Below are positions 28,452-38,521 of a stretch of DNA of 64,000 nt, in pieces (positions within the stretch are counted from its first letter, which is position 1; every line of letters begins with the position of its first letter). The stretch lies in assembly GCA_963840855.1 (NCBI GenBank), contig CAWJBB010000030.1, forward strand, positions 32,001 to 96,000. Reading direction: 5' to 3'. The notes beneath the pieces were generated by a model. The model saw only the letters and a list, made by a program, of their open reading frames with translations, was not told the DNA's origin and searched no databases. The position numbers were made by a program, and so were the translations under genes. This DNA is from an uncultured delta proteobacterium (GTDB lineage Bacteria; Desulfobacterota; Binatia; UBA9968).

Positions 28452-30239
28452 ATGAGTGCCAATAGCGCTGAAGGCATAAGATGGGACTTGACCGATCTGT
28501 TCGCGTCCCATGGTGATCCAAGAATCGAATCGACTTTGAACGAAACTCGCCAAAGGGCCGAATCGTTTGCGAATCGATTCCGGCCTGTCATGGCGCAACC
28601 CGAAAGTCTTAGTCCCGCCGAGATTCTTGACGCCCTGAAAGAATTGGAGTTTATCTATGAGGCCTTGGGCCGGGTCGGCGGTTTCGCTGGCCTTCTTTAC
28701 GCGGCGGACACCGCAAAGCCGGAATACCAAGACTTGGAGCAAAAAGTCGAGCAGCGCACTACGGAGATCAGAAATTTGCTGCTCTTTTTTGAGTTGGGCT
28801 GGCTCACGTTGGAAGATGCCATCGCGCAACGATTGATCGATGATTCGGCTCTAGAGCCGTACAGGCACTATCTTACCAGCCTGCGCCGTTACCGATCGCA
28901 TATGCTCTCCGAGCCCGAAGAAAAGGTCATCAATGAAAAAGACAACACCGGTCAAAACGCCTTCGGCCGGCTTTTCTCAGAGATTAACTCTTGTCTCACA
29001 TTTTCACTGGAAAAAGCCGGCAAGAAGGAAGAACTGAATCTGAGCCAGATTCTTTCACGCCTTCACGACCCCGACCGCGAACTGCGCAAGCGCGCCATGG
29101 ACACCCTTTATCAAGGTCTCGCGCAGCATGGCCAGGTGCTGACGTTTGTTTACGACACGCTCATCCAAGATCACCTTACGATGGACCGCCTGCGCCACTA
29201 CTCCGACCCCATGGCGATGCGCCATCTGGCGAATGAAATCGACGGCGCTGCCGTGGCGACGATGATGGAAGTGGCGGAAGCGAATTATGGCCCGGCGCAG
29301 GATTACTTTCGCCTGAAAGCCAAGCTGCTGGGCCTACCGCGTCTTGCGCTTTACGATCAGTACGCGCCCATCGGCAAGGAAGTCAGAGCTTTTGCCTACG
29401 CGCAAGCGGCAAACGTTATTCTCGAAGCGTTTGGCGCATTCGACCCGGGGTTTCGTCAATTAGCCGCCGAATTTTTCGGCAAAAATTGGATCGACGCGGA
29501 AATCCGCAAGGGCAAACGCGGCGGCGCCTTTTGCGCTTCTCCCTCACCGCAGCTGCACCCCTACATACTTTGTAATTATGATGACAATTTACGTGACGTG
29601 ATGACCCTCGCCCACGAGCTAGGCCACGGATTGCACGGCTGCTTGAGCCGCAAACAGAACTATTTCAACTACGACACGCCACTCACCACCGCCGAGACTG
29701 CGTCAGTTTTCGGGGAAATGCTGGTTTTCGATTACCTGCTCGAGCGCCACACGGACCCGCAAGCACGGATAGCTCTGCTCGCGGGTAAGATCGAGGACAT
29801 CTTCGCCACGGTGTTTCGACAGAACGTTTTGACGCGCTTCGAAGAATTAGCTTTCTCTGCAAGAAAGGACAAAAGGCTCACACCAGACGCTTTAGGAAGT
29901 CTATGGCTCGAGGCAAATGCAAAATATTACGGCGACGCGGTGGAGATGCCCGACGGCTACCGCTGGGGCTGGTCCTATATTCCGCATTTTATCCATTCCC
30001 GTTTCTATTGCTATAGCTATGTCTTTGGGCAGCTCTTGGTTTTGGCCCTGTATCGAATGTACAAAGAACAGGGAAAAGCCTTCGTACCGAAATACCTCGC
30101 CCTGCTTGAAGCCGGTGGATCGGACACGCCGGAAACACTGCTCAAGCCGCTAGGGGTCGATATTCACGACCCGGCATTCTGGCAGAAGGGCATCGATGAA
30201 ATAAAATCCCTTGTGGGTAAATTACAGGAGACCATCTAG
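28452..30239 (+). CDS. pepF: M3 family oligoendopeptidase F
   Basis: HELGHGLH, ETAS, GKRGGAFC, FYCYSY. Confidence 0.92.
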   Translation: MSANSAEGIRWDLTDLFASHGDPRIESTLNETRQRAESFANRFRPVMAQPESLSPAEILDALKELEFIYEALGRVGGFAGLLYAADTAKPEYQDLEQKVEQRTTEIRNLLLFFELGWLTLEDAIAQRLIDDSALEPYRHYLTSLRRYRSHMLSEPEEKVINEKDNTGQNAFGRLFSEINSCLTFSLEKAGKKEELNLSQILSRLHDPDRELRKRAMDTLYQGLAQHGQVLTFVYDTLIQDHLTMDRLRHYSDPMAMRHLANEIDGAAVATMMEVAEANYGPAQDYFRLKAKLLGLPRLALYDQYAPIGKEVRAFAYAQAANVILEAFGAFDPGFRQLAAEFFGKNWIDAEIRKGKRGGAFCASPSPQLHPYILCNYDDNLRDVMTLAHELGHGLHGCLSRKQNYFNYDTPLTTAETASVFGEMLVFDYLLERHTDPQARIALLAGKIEDIFATVFRQNVLTRFEELAFSARKDKRLTPDALGSLWLEANAKYYGDAVEMPDGYRWGWSYIPHFIHSRFYCYSYVFGQLLVLALYRMYKEQGKAFVPKYLALLEAGGSDTPETLLKPLGVDIHDPAFWQKGIDEIKSLVGKLQETI

Positions 30240-30295
30240 CTCTTATCGGAACACGAAATTCTCAAGTCGCGGAAACGTGGCGAGCCCCATAAGTG

Positions 30296-31738
30296 TCACT
30301 TCATCTTGAACGCCGGCGGCACGATTTCATCTATTTCCTTCCCGGTCCAGTGCCACTTGGGCACGCTGTCCCACACCTGTTCGCCTTTGGCCTGGACTTT
30401 GTCGAGCAGTTCTTCTTCGTTGAGGCGAAGATACTTGCCGTTGTCGACAAGCGTTTCGCCGTCGACGATGACCGTGCGCACGTCGCGGCTGACAGCGGTT
30501 TCCATCAGCGAACGGATGGGATCGCGCACCGCGCCGAAGGCGATGTCGCGGAGGTTGATGATCGCGACATCGGCCTTGGCGCCTTTTTGCAGCCTCCCTA
30601 TATCCTCCCGTCCGAGCATTTTCGCTCCGCCTAGCGTAATCGCGTTGAAAACGTCGCGCGGCTGGCCCGAGAGAAAACTCTTGTCGGCGACTCTAGACGC
30701 AATCGCCGCGTAGCGCATGTCGGAGAGAATGTCTTTGGGGAAGGTATCGGTGCCGATACCCATGTTGATGCCCGCTTTGCGATAGCGATCAAAGGATTCC
30801 ATGAGGATACCGAGCTTTAGATATTTGAGCGGACTGTAAGCGACCGACGCGCCGGAATCCGCGATGATCTTGAGGTCGTCGCCGTAAGGATAAGCCAACC
30901 AACTATGGCCGCTGACGAAGATGCAGTGCGACAGCGACACTTCAGGATCGAGGAAGCCAATTTTTTTTAACAGCTCAATCGGCGTGCAACGCTCGCGCTG
31001 CATGACGGTGTGGAATTCGAAGAGATTGATCGTCGCGTGGATCTGAATCCGCACTCCGGTATCCTTCGCCGCCTTCCTGGTTTCCTTTAGCAACGCCGGC
31101 GTGCACGAGTCGACATGGCCCGGGAACAACAACGCGGTCATGCGGCCGCCGCACGCGCCGTTGAATTTCCTGGCGAAATCGACGGCCGCTTTGAGTCCTT
31201 TACTGCCGCGCTCGTCGTCCCAGTCGTACTCCAAGCGACCGTCGCGGTCGTGAAAGAAAGCGACGTTTTTGTAGCTCGGGCCGGCGGCGCAACGAATACC
31301 CACCTGATCGATCATGTCCACATATCGCTCTGCTTCAGCACCGGCGCCGCCGATGTCAAAGGTCGTCGTCACGCCGCTTTTGAGCACGTGGATCAGCGAG
31401 AACCGCTGGCCGACGTCCACGTCTTTCAAGTGCGCCGAATGCGCTCCCTCACGCGTCGGCCCGCCATGGGCGAGATAGTTGGCGGCGAAAAAATCCGTTT
31501 TCGTCGAATCGGCGAGAATATAATCGCTGGCGTTGATGCCGGAATGAAAGTGCGTGTCAATAAACCCGGGCGAGACCAGGCAGCCTTCGGCGTCGATCTT
31601 CTTGTCAACCGGATGACGGTAGTCCTTACCGACGAACTCGATGCGATCGCCGTCGTAAACGACGGCGCCGTCTTTGATTATTTCATGTTCATTGCCATCG
31701 AAGGCGGCGACATAGCCGCCTTGGATCAGTGTTTTCAT
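30296..31738 (-). CDS. Amidohydrolase family protein (MtaD/AtzA-like)
   Basis: PGFIDTHFH, QIHA, SHCI, GTD, GAKADVA. Confidence 0.9.
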   Translation of the reverse strand: MKTLIQGGYVAAFDGNEHEIIKDGAVVYDGDRIEFVGKDYRHPVDKKIDAEGCLVSPGFIDTHFHSGINASDYILADSTKTDFFAANYLAHGGPTREGAHSAHLKDVDVGQRFSLIHVLKSGVTTTFDIGGAGAEAERYVDMIDQVGIRCAAGPSYKNVAFFHDRDGRLEYDWDDERGSKGLKAAVDFARKFNGACGGRMTALLFPGHVDSCTPALLKETRKAAKDTGVRIQIHATINLFEFHTVMQRERCTPIELLKKIGFLDPEVSLSHCIFVSGHSWLAYPYGDDLKIIADSGASVAYSPLKYLKLGILMESFDRYRKAGINMGIGTDTFPKDILSDMRYAAIASRVADKSFLSGQPRDVFNAITLGGAKMLGREDIGRLQKGAKADVAIINLRDIAFGAVRDPIRSLMETAVSRDVRTVIVDGETLVDNGKYLRLNEEELLDKVQAKGEQVWDSVPKWHWTGKEIDEIVPPAFKMK

Positions 31739-31847
31739 CGCTCGTGCCTTTCAGGTTTTTAGATGAGAATCACGGGCAGCACTAACAAAAGAAAACAGCT
31801 ATGACAAGCACGTCGCCTGATGCGCGGGCTTTACGAGAAGCGCCGGC

Positions 31848-32918
31848 TCACCGCCTTGGCGCGTGCGGCTCGCCGCCCCAGAGATCTTTTTGGAACCCGC
31901 TTTTTTCCAGATGATGCACAAACGAATTGTCGTAAATCTCCTCGGCCTTGCGCTTGACCGGAATACCCAAGCTGCGCAGGAGTTCGACAGAATCGGCAAC
32001 CGTCGTCCCGGACACGATCATGCGCCGGTCGACGATATCTTTCGTATAAACGTTGTATGAAACCTGCAGCGCTTCTTCATCCTTCACGCGCATCACCTTC
32101 GCGATGGCGGCCTTGGCTTTAGCCGGATTTTTATCGGCATAATGGATCGCCTCGGCGAATGCGGCGACCATGCGCTGGACAATCTCCGGCCGCTCTTTAA
32201 TGGAGCGCGTGCTGGCGTGCAATGAGCTATAGATGAAAGGTATATCGAGATCGATCAGGCGATAAGTCACGTTGTATCCTTCATTCTTGGCTCGCACGTC
32301 CAGTGGCGGCGTAATCACTACGCCTTGAACGATGTTGGCCGCCATGGCTTGAAAGCGCTCCGATTGACTGCCGCCGATGGGCCGCATGGTCACATCGGGA
32401 ACGTTGAATTTTTTCACCAAAATGCGCGAGAGCCGATCGCTCAAGTCGCCGGCCCGCACCACCCCCAAAGATTTGCCCTTGAGATCTTCGACGCGCCGGA
32501 TCTCTTTTCGCGTCACCAAAACAAACGGCAACTTGACCAGCGGCGCGGCGACGAGTTTCACGTCTATACCGGCGGCCAGGGACGGCAGAGTGGCATCGGC
32601 GGCGCAGTATAGGAATTGAATCTCGTCCGCCGTGAGCGCTGCCACCGACGGGCCGCTGCCGCGGATATAGACGTGCTCCATCTTGAAGCCGTACTTGTCA
32701 AAAAGATTGTTTTGGAGAGCGGTGTAAAGATGGATGAAGCCGCCCGAAACCGCGCACGTGGCGATACGAATGTTGATCCCGCGCTCACCCGGCTTTGCCA
32801 GATACGGGTTGGCATGGGCAACTGCCGCTATCAGCAGGGCGCTGACAATGACTAGCATCGCCCGATGAACAAAATGAAGCGATCGTCGAAGCAATCGAGC
32901 AAGATCGGCGCGGGTCAT
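31848..32918 (-). CDS. NMT1/SsuA-type substrate-binding protein
   Basis: Signal peptide; LFDKYGF; EDLKGKSLGV; C-terminal YDNSFVHHLEKSGF. Confidence 0.88.
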   Translation of the reverse strand: MTRADLARLLRRSLHFVHRAMLVIVSALLIAAVAHANPYLAKPGERGINIRIATCAVSGGFIHLYTALQNNLFDKYGFKMEHVYIRGSGPSVAALTADEIQFLYCAADATLPSLAAGIDVKLVAAPLVKLPFVLVTRKEIRRVEDLKGKSLGVVRAGDLSDRLSRILVKKFNVPDVTMRPIGGSQSERFQAMAANIVQGVVITPPLDVRAKNEGYNVTYRLIDLDIPFIYSSLHASTRSIKERPEIVQRMVAAFAEAIHYADKNPAKAKAAIAKVMRVKDEEALQVSYNVYTKDIVDRRMIVSGTTVADSVELLRSLGIPVKRKAEEIYDNSFVHHLEKSGFQKDLWGGEPHAPRR

Positions 32919-33013
32919 GGTAAACTCCTTTTGCGGAACTCTAACGACATGGACAGCGGCGGATCATAGGCGATTCCCCTTGCGGTTTCAAATCGCCACA
33001 GCTTCCGCGCGGT

Positions 33014-34048
33014 TCAAACCGCAAAACGAAAATGAATGATGTCGCCGTCCTGGACGATATAGTCCTTGCCTTCGAGGCGGAGCTTGCCCGCTTCTTTGCA
33101 CTTTGCTTCGCTGCCATAAGCGATGAAGTCTTCATAGGCGACCGCTTCAGCCCGAATGAATCCGCGCTCGATATCGCTGTGAATTTTACCGGCCGCCTTT
33201 CTTGCGTTCGTCTCCTTGGTAATCGTCCAGGCGCGCACTTCGTCGTCGCCCGTGGTCAGGAAGCTGATTAGATTGAGAAGACGATAGGACGCCCGGATAA
33301 ATCTGTTCCTTGCCGATTCCTGAATGCCGATCTCCTTGAGAAAAGCTTCCCGGTCGGCCTCATCCAACTGCGCGATCTCCATCTCGACCTTGCCGGCGAG
33401 CGCCAGACCTTCAAGCCCGCGCCGCTTTAATTCTTCGTCATACTGCGGCGCCAGCGCCCGCCCGGCTTTGTCGTCGCCTTGATTGAAAAGCGCTAGGACC
33501 GGCTTGCGGCTGAGAAAACCAAAACCGGAAAGCAGATTTTCTTCATCCGGGTTGAAGGGCAAATTTCTCAAGCTCTCCTCGTTCTCCAGGGTTTTGGCGC
33601 AGCGTTCCAGCACCGCTTCTTCCAATGGCCGGGCCTTTTCCTTTTTCAAACGGGCGCGGCGATTTTCCACAGCGGTCATGTCCGCCAGAATCATGTCGGT
33701 CAGCAAATCATTCAGCGCCCGCAGCGGACCGGCGCCGAACTCAAAGTCATTGAGCACCAGCGCGATGGCATCCACCTCGCGCATCTGTGTGATGATGGTA
33801 TTATCGGACTTGAGATTTTCTTCTCCCTCGCTGGGGGGAAAATCGGTGAAACGGATCTCGGCGTAGGTGGTCTTTTTAGGCTTGTAGATCTGCGCCAGTT
33901 TGTCGACGCGCGCGTCGGGAACTTTTATGACGCCCAAGTGGACCTCTTCTTTGCCGCCGAAGCCGCCCACTTGCGCTTGCAGGCCCGTCAGCATATTGAA
34001 GATAGTGGTCTTGCCGGCGCCTCGGTGGCCGATCAAACCTACTTTCAT
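33014..34048 (-). CDS. ychF: YchF/OLA1-family ATPase with atypical motifs
   Basis: VPDARVD, AAGKIHSDIERGFIRAE, RLEGKDYIVQDGDII. Confidence 0.9.
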   Translation of the reverse strand: MKVGLIGHRGAGKTTIFNMLTGLQAQVGGFGGKEEVHLGVIKVPDARVDKLAQIYKPKKTTYAEIRFTDFPPSEGEENLKSDNTIITQMREVDAIALVLNDFEFGAGPLRALNDLLTDMILADMTAVENRRARLKKEKARPLEEAVLERCAKTLENEESLRNLPFNPDEENLLSGFGFLSRKPVLALFNQGDDKAGRALAPQYDEELKRRGLEGLALAGKVEMEIAQLDEADREAFLKEIGIQESARNRFIRASYRLLNLISFLTTGDDEVRAWTITKETNARKAAGKIHSDIERGFIRAEAVAYEDFIAYGSEAKCKEAGKLRLEGKDYIVQDGDIIHFRFAV

Positions 34049-34244
34049 TTTCTCTCTGTCTCCTGACTCTTGGGTTTGAGTCAGTCAATTTAGCAGGAAT
34101 ATCAAGCTGAATAAAACCGAGAGGCCGGCGTGGGGGGTGGTGAATTTCGGCGCACAACGCAATATCGCACGGCTTCCGAGGAGGTCTAGGGAACTGCGAC
34201 GGCTGCAAAAGTTGGGCAATTGGTTTGGCGTTAATTCGCGGCGG

Positions 34245-35685
34245 TTACGGCTTCAACGCAAGAAACATGCTCCCCTTATCGCGTTTAACCAGAAATAGAA
34301 TCGATTTGCCGCTTTCCACGCGAGAGATTTCCCGTTTGTAATCGGCCATATCGCGCACTGGACGACGATTGATCTCGGTGATTGCATCGCCGCGCCTGAT
34401 ACCGGCTTCATCTGCGGCGCTTCCGGGTTTGACTGAAGTGACTACCAACCCCTCGGCACGCTCCAAGCCCAGGCTTTCAGCCATTGCTGGTGTTACCGGC
34501 TGTACCGCCATGCCGAAATCACCCTTCCCTGATTCGGCTACGACTTCGCTATCATTCATTTCACCGATCTGAACGGCAATGCTTGACGGCTTTGCATCGC
34601 GCAGGATTTTCACTTGCGCCGTCTTCCCCGGCGCCACGCGCGCGACCTCGAGCGGCAGATCGGCGGAGTCTTTGATCGCCTTGCCATTGAACTCGATGAT
34701 GACGTCTCCCGATTTGATGCCCGAGCGCTCCGCCGGCCCGCCTTCGGCAACGTCGGCGACCAGCGCCCCGCTCTCGTTCTTCAAACCCATCGTCGCGGCG
34801 ATGTCGCTTGTAACTTTTTGAATTGTCACCCCGAGGTAGCCCCGAACGACTTTACCTTTGTCTTTAAGTTGGGGTACCAGTTCTCTTGCCAGGTTCGCCG
34901 GAATGGCAAAGCCGATGCCCATATTGCCGCCCGTTTGGCTGAAGATCGCCGTATTGATGCCCACCACTTCACCGCGCAAGTTGACCAGTGGCCCGCCGGA
35001 ATTTCCCGGATTGATCGAGGCATCGGTTTGGATAAAACTATCGTAGGGTCCCGCGCCAATATGCCGCCCTTTGGCGCTGACGATTCCCGTAGTGACCGTG
35101 TGATCCAGTCCAAAAGAATTGCCGATGGCTATGACCCATTCGCCGACTTCGAGCTGATCGGAGTCCCCCAACGTGGCGGCGGGTAAATTTTGCTTTACGT
35201 TGATTTTGAGAATTGCGATGTCGCTCTTTGGATCCTTGCCCAAGACTTTGGCGTCGAAACTCTTGCCGTCCGCCAAGGTCACGACGACCTTTTCAGCGCC
35301 GTCGACGACATGATTATTGGTGATAATGGTGCCGTCGGAGTCAATGATGAAACCCGACCCGAGACCCCGCTGGCGCTGGGGCGAATTGGGTAATTGGCCG
35401 CCGAAAGGAGAGGGCATACCCTGTGCGGGTCTTCGCGCCTGCGTCGTGGCGATATTAACCACCGATGGCCCGATCTTTTTCACCAAGCTGACGAAATCGG
35501 GTAAGTTTCGGCTCTCTGGAGCCGAAGGTTTGGCGTTCGGCGTATCCACCGCATGGGCTAAATGAGCAGCGAAATAAGTACCCAGTCGTCTTGTTCCAGC
35601 TGAAAACAGCGAAGAGAAAAAACAGGCCGATAACGGCGGCCCCGCCCGGCTTGATCTTGCGAATTCGCAACCCTGTTACTGCCAT
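34245..35685 (-). CDS. degQ: DegP/DegQ serine protease with two PDZ domains; frameshift near 35580 separates the N-terminal signal region
   Basis: TNNHV, QTDASINPGNSGGPL; the N-terminal MAVTG...AAVIGLFFLFAVFS is out of frame by one base. Confidence 0.88.
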
Positions 35686-35800
35686 TCTAATCCTCCGGTA
35701 AAAGTATGAATTTGCCCCGAACATCGCCGCGCGCAACAGCCCTGCGCGGCAGCCACCCACGCGGCGGTAATCGCATCGGATATCGCGCCGGGCGCCATCG

Positions 35801-36253
35801 TTAGCTCGCCAATCTTTTCCGGTGCTCCTTCGCCGGCGCCGTGGCCAGCGCTTCTTGTTTCCAACGCGTCAACCCATCGCGAAGATAGCTGGCGTCAAAG
35901 CCCAGCACGTCACAGATGTTTTCAAACGAAAAAATGTAGGAGGCGTCGTGGTCAAGGATCCATTCCTCGGCGTCTTGAAAAAGAGCCTTCTTCCGTTTGC
36001 AGTCCGTGCCGAAGTTATCTTGAAAACAAACAATGGCATCCTCCAGAAGCGCAAGCATCAACACTTTCTCGGGCTCCTGGTGGAACCGTCTCTGATGGGT
36101 CGCCTGGTACTGTGTTTGGATCAAAATGTCAGGCTGAAACAATGCCTCCATGTTGAAACCCGCGCCATGCCCGGCTTCATGGACGGCGAACGGCTGAGGA
36201 CTTCGGCCGGCTCCGTCTGAAACCGCGGTTTTGGCGCTCTTCCGTCGAATCAT
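35801..36253 (-). CDS. Hypothetical protein (LMLALLEDA/FSFENIC family)
   Basis: 150-aa ORF with a ggaggt RBS. Confidence 0.7.
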   Translation of the reverse strand: MIRRKSAKTAVSDGAGRSPQPFAVHEAGHGAGFNMEALFQPDILIQTQYQATHQRRFHQEPEKVLMLALLEDAIVCFQDNFGTDCKRKKALFQDAEEWILDHDASYIFSFENICDVLGFDASYLRDGLTRWKQEALATAPAKEHRKRLAS

Positions 36254-36497
36254 AACTTACCTCCATGACGCTTAAAGGGCCGTATTATGGCGTCATAGCC
36301 CTTTGACGACTTAAACCCCCATTTTGTTCCAAATATTCCCTTTGGCGCACCAACGTAGGGGTAAAATCCTTGACGCATCGGCGGCGGCGCAAATTTAGCC
36401 AACTGACTCGGCCGCACAGCTATTTCCTTAATTGATAGAGGGTTACCGCTCGCCGAAATGGTTGACCCCCCACTCCAAGGTGGTACATTAGGAGCCG

Positions 36498-37676
36498 ATG
36501 CCACTGGCGAGCATAAAAGAATCCATCGACGAAATCAGACGCGGTAGAATGGTCATCCTCATGGATGACAAAGACCGCGAAAACGAAGGCGACCTCTGCA
36601 TGGCCGCCGAGAAGGTAACGCCGGAAGCCATCAACTTCATGGCCACCCATGGACGCGGCCTGATCTGTCTGCCACTGACCGAAGCGAGAGTCAGGTATAT
36701 GGGCATCTCGATGATGGTGTCGGAGAACACTTCACCCTTCGGCACAGCGTTTACGGTGTCCGTGGACGCCGCGGCTGGAATCACGACCGGGATCTCCGCC
36801 GCCGACCGGGCCAAGACAATCCTCGACGCGATTGCGGACGATGCCAAACCGCAGGATCTGGTTACGCCGGGCCATATATTTCCTTTGCGGGCGCGAAACG
36901 GCGGCGTGTTGGTGCGCGCGGGACAAACCGAAGGCTCGGTGGATTTGGCACGCCTCGCGGGGCTCAAGCCCGCCGGCGTGATCTGCGAGATCATGAGGGA
37001 CGACGGCACCATGGCACGCCAGCCCGACCTCATGAAGTTCGCGCGCAAGCACAAACTCAAAGTTTGCACTATAGCCGACCTCATCCAATATCGGCTAAAC
37101 TACGAATCGCTGGTTTTCCGCGCCGCCGCGGCGCCATTGCCGACCCGTGCGGGCGGCCTGTTCCATGCCATCGTTTATAATACCCATGTCGATCAAAACG
37201 AGCACCTGGCATTGATCAAAGGCGAGATTTCCCCAAAAGATGAAACCCTCGTGCGAGTCCACACGAAGTATGTGCCGGGGGATGTCTTTGGTTTCGAGCT
37301 TCTGAATACTGGGGCGATAATTCAACGTTCGCTGGAGATCATCGGGCAGGAAGGCAAAGGGGTCATCCTATATCTACAACCGGATCAAAAATTGCACCGT
37401 CCGTCGAGGGTGGCCTACCCGAGAGTCGAAGGCAAACGAAAGAAGGACATGAACCCGTCTTTCGTGTATCGGGCCGACTTCAAAGAGTACGGCATCGGCG
37501 CGCAAATTTTGCGCGACCTAGGGGTGCGCAAGATGCGCCTATTGACGAACAATAAAACGCACCTCGTCGGGCTGGGAGGTTACGGCTTGGAAGTGACTTC
37601 GTTGGTGCCGATCCCGCGCGATCAGCCGCTGCGGGTTGCGGCAAAGCCGAAAAAGACCGGAACCAAGAGCGCATAG
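36498..37676 (+). CDS. ribB: DHBP synthase fused to a degenerate GTP cyclohydrolase II domain
   Basis: DRENEGD, GLICL, RAGQTEGSVDL; the GCHII part lacks the zinc cysteines. Confidence 0.92.
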   Translation: MPLASIKESIDEIRRGRMVILMDDKDRENEGDLCMAAEKVTPEAINFMATHGRGLICLPLTEARVRYMGISMMVSENTSPFGTAFTVSVDAAAGITTGISAADRAKTILDAIADDAKPQDLVTPGHIFPLRARNGGVLVRAGQTEGSVDLARLAGLKPAGVICEIMRDDGTMARQPDLMKFARKHKLKVCTIADLIQYRLNYESLVFRAAAAPLPTRAGGLFHAIVYNTHVDQNEHLALIKGEISPKDETLVRVHTKYVPGDVFGFELLNTGAIIQRSLEIIGQEGKGVILYLQPDQKLHRPSRVAYPRVEGKRKKDMNPSFVYRADFKEYGIGAQILRDLGVRKMRLLTNNKTHLVGLGGYGLEVTSLVPIPRDQPLRVAAKPKKTGTKSA

Positions 37677-37757
37677 CCGAGCGGGCTCGCGGATCACTAG
37701 TTTGACCGGCGTGAGCCTGATTTGAAATCTGCCATTGCGACCAGGAGCGAAGAACCC

Positions 37758-37967
37758 ATGCCCATCTTTGAATACAGTTGCCGCCGTTGCGATTATCATT
37801 TCGAACAAATCGTTCTGTCGGCGCGGGAGAAAATCTCCTGCCCCAAATGCGCCAGCGGTGCCGTCGAGAAACAGTTATCGGTGTTTAGCTCGCCGGGGTC
37901 AGCAAAAGCAGAGAGCGCGGCGGGGACCGGCTGCGCCTGTACGCCGCAAACCTGCGGTTGCCGTTAA
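37758..37967 (+). CDS. FmdB-family zinc-ribbon protein
   Basis: MPIFEYSCRRC...CPKC...EKQLSVF. Confidence 0.9.
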   Translation: MPIFEYSCRRCDYHFEQIVLSAREKISCPKCASGAVEKQLSVFSSPGSAKAESAAGTGCACTPQTCGCR

Positions 37968-38488
37968 TCGTTGTCCGGCGCCTTTAAATAGCCCGGTAAG
38001 TCGGGCTTGATTCTTCTAAGCGCTTCGCCGACGTTCGAGAACAGCCGCTCTTCAACCAACTGTCCGTTGACCCAGTAGTCGAGAGAGGGCGCATCGGTAA
38101 AGTTGATATCGACGTAACGCTCGCCGACCGGCTGCCCCGTTATCACTATCCTCAAGGAATACCCCGCGTCAATTAAAATGGCTCGGGCGCCCGGCGGCAG
38201 CGGCAAGCCGCTTTTGATTCTCGCCAATTTATCCGCTGGATAGGTGCCGACGTCCAGGGAATAATAGGTCCATTCGCCGGCGTTACTGGAGAGCGAGTTT
38301 AAGATTTTCGGATTGATATCGACAAGATTTTTTGCCGCGAGATCTTGGTTGTAGCCTTTGAGCAACTCGTGGGCCCACTGTTCAATGATGCCCTTTACCG
38401 GAGCAGCCGGCTTTTCGCGATCCTTTACCGGTCCGCGGTCGATCCACCACTTGGTTTCTTCAAATTGCGCGTCTTTTTCATCCGCCAT
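37964..38488 (-). CDS. Hypothetical protein
   Basis: 174-aa ORF filling the gap, plausible composition. Confidence 0.65.
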   Translation of the reverse strand: MADEKDAQFEETKWWIDRGPVKDREKPAAPVKGIIEQWAHELLKGYNQDLAAKNLVDINPKILNSLSSNAGEWTYYSLDVGTYPADKLARIKSGLPLPPGARAILIDAGYSLRIVITGQPVGERYVDINFTDAPSLDYWVNGQLVEERLFSNVGEALRRIKPDLPGYLKAPDND

Positions 38489-38521
38489 GGCGAAAAATCC
38501 CGCTCGCGAGCGGCAGCGCGA

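Noticed and set aside
36254-36497. FMN riboswitch upstream of ribB
   Set aside because: No RFN consensus, and a promoter-like TTGACC-16-TACATT lies right before the gene.
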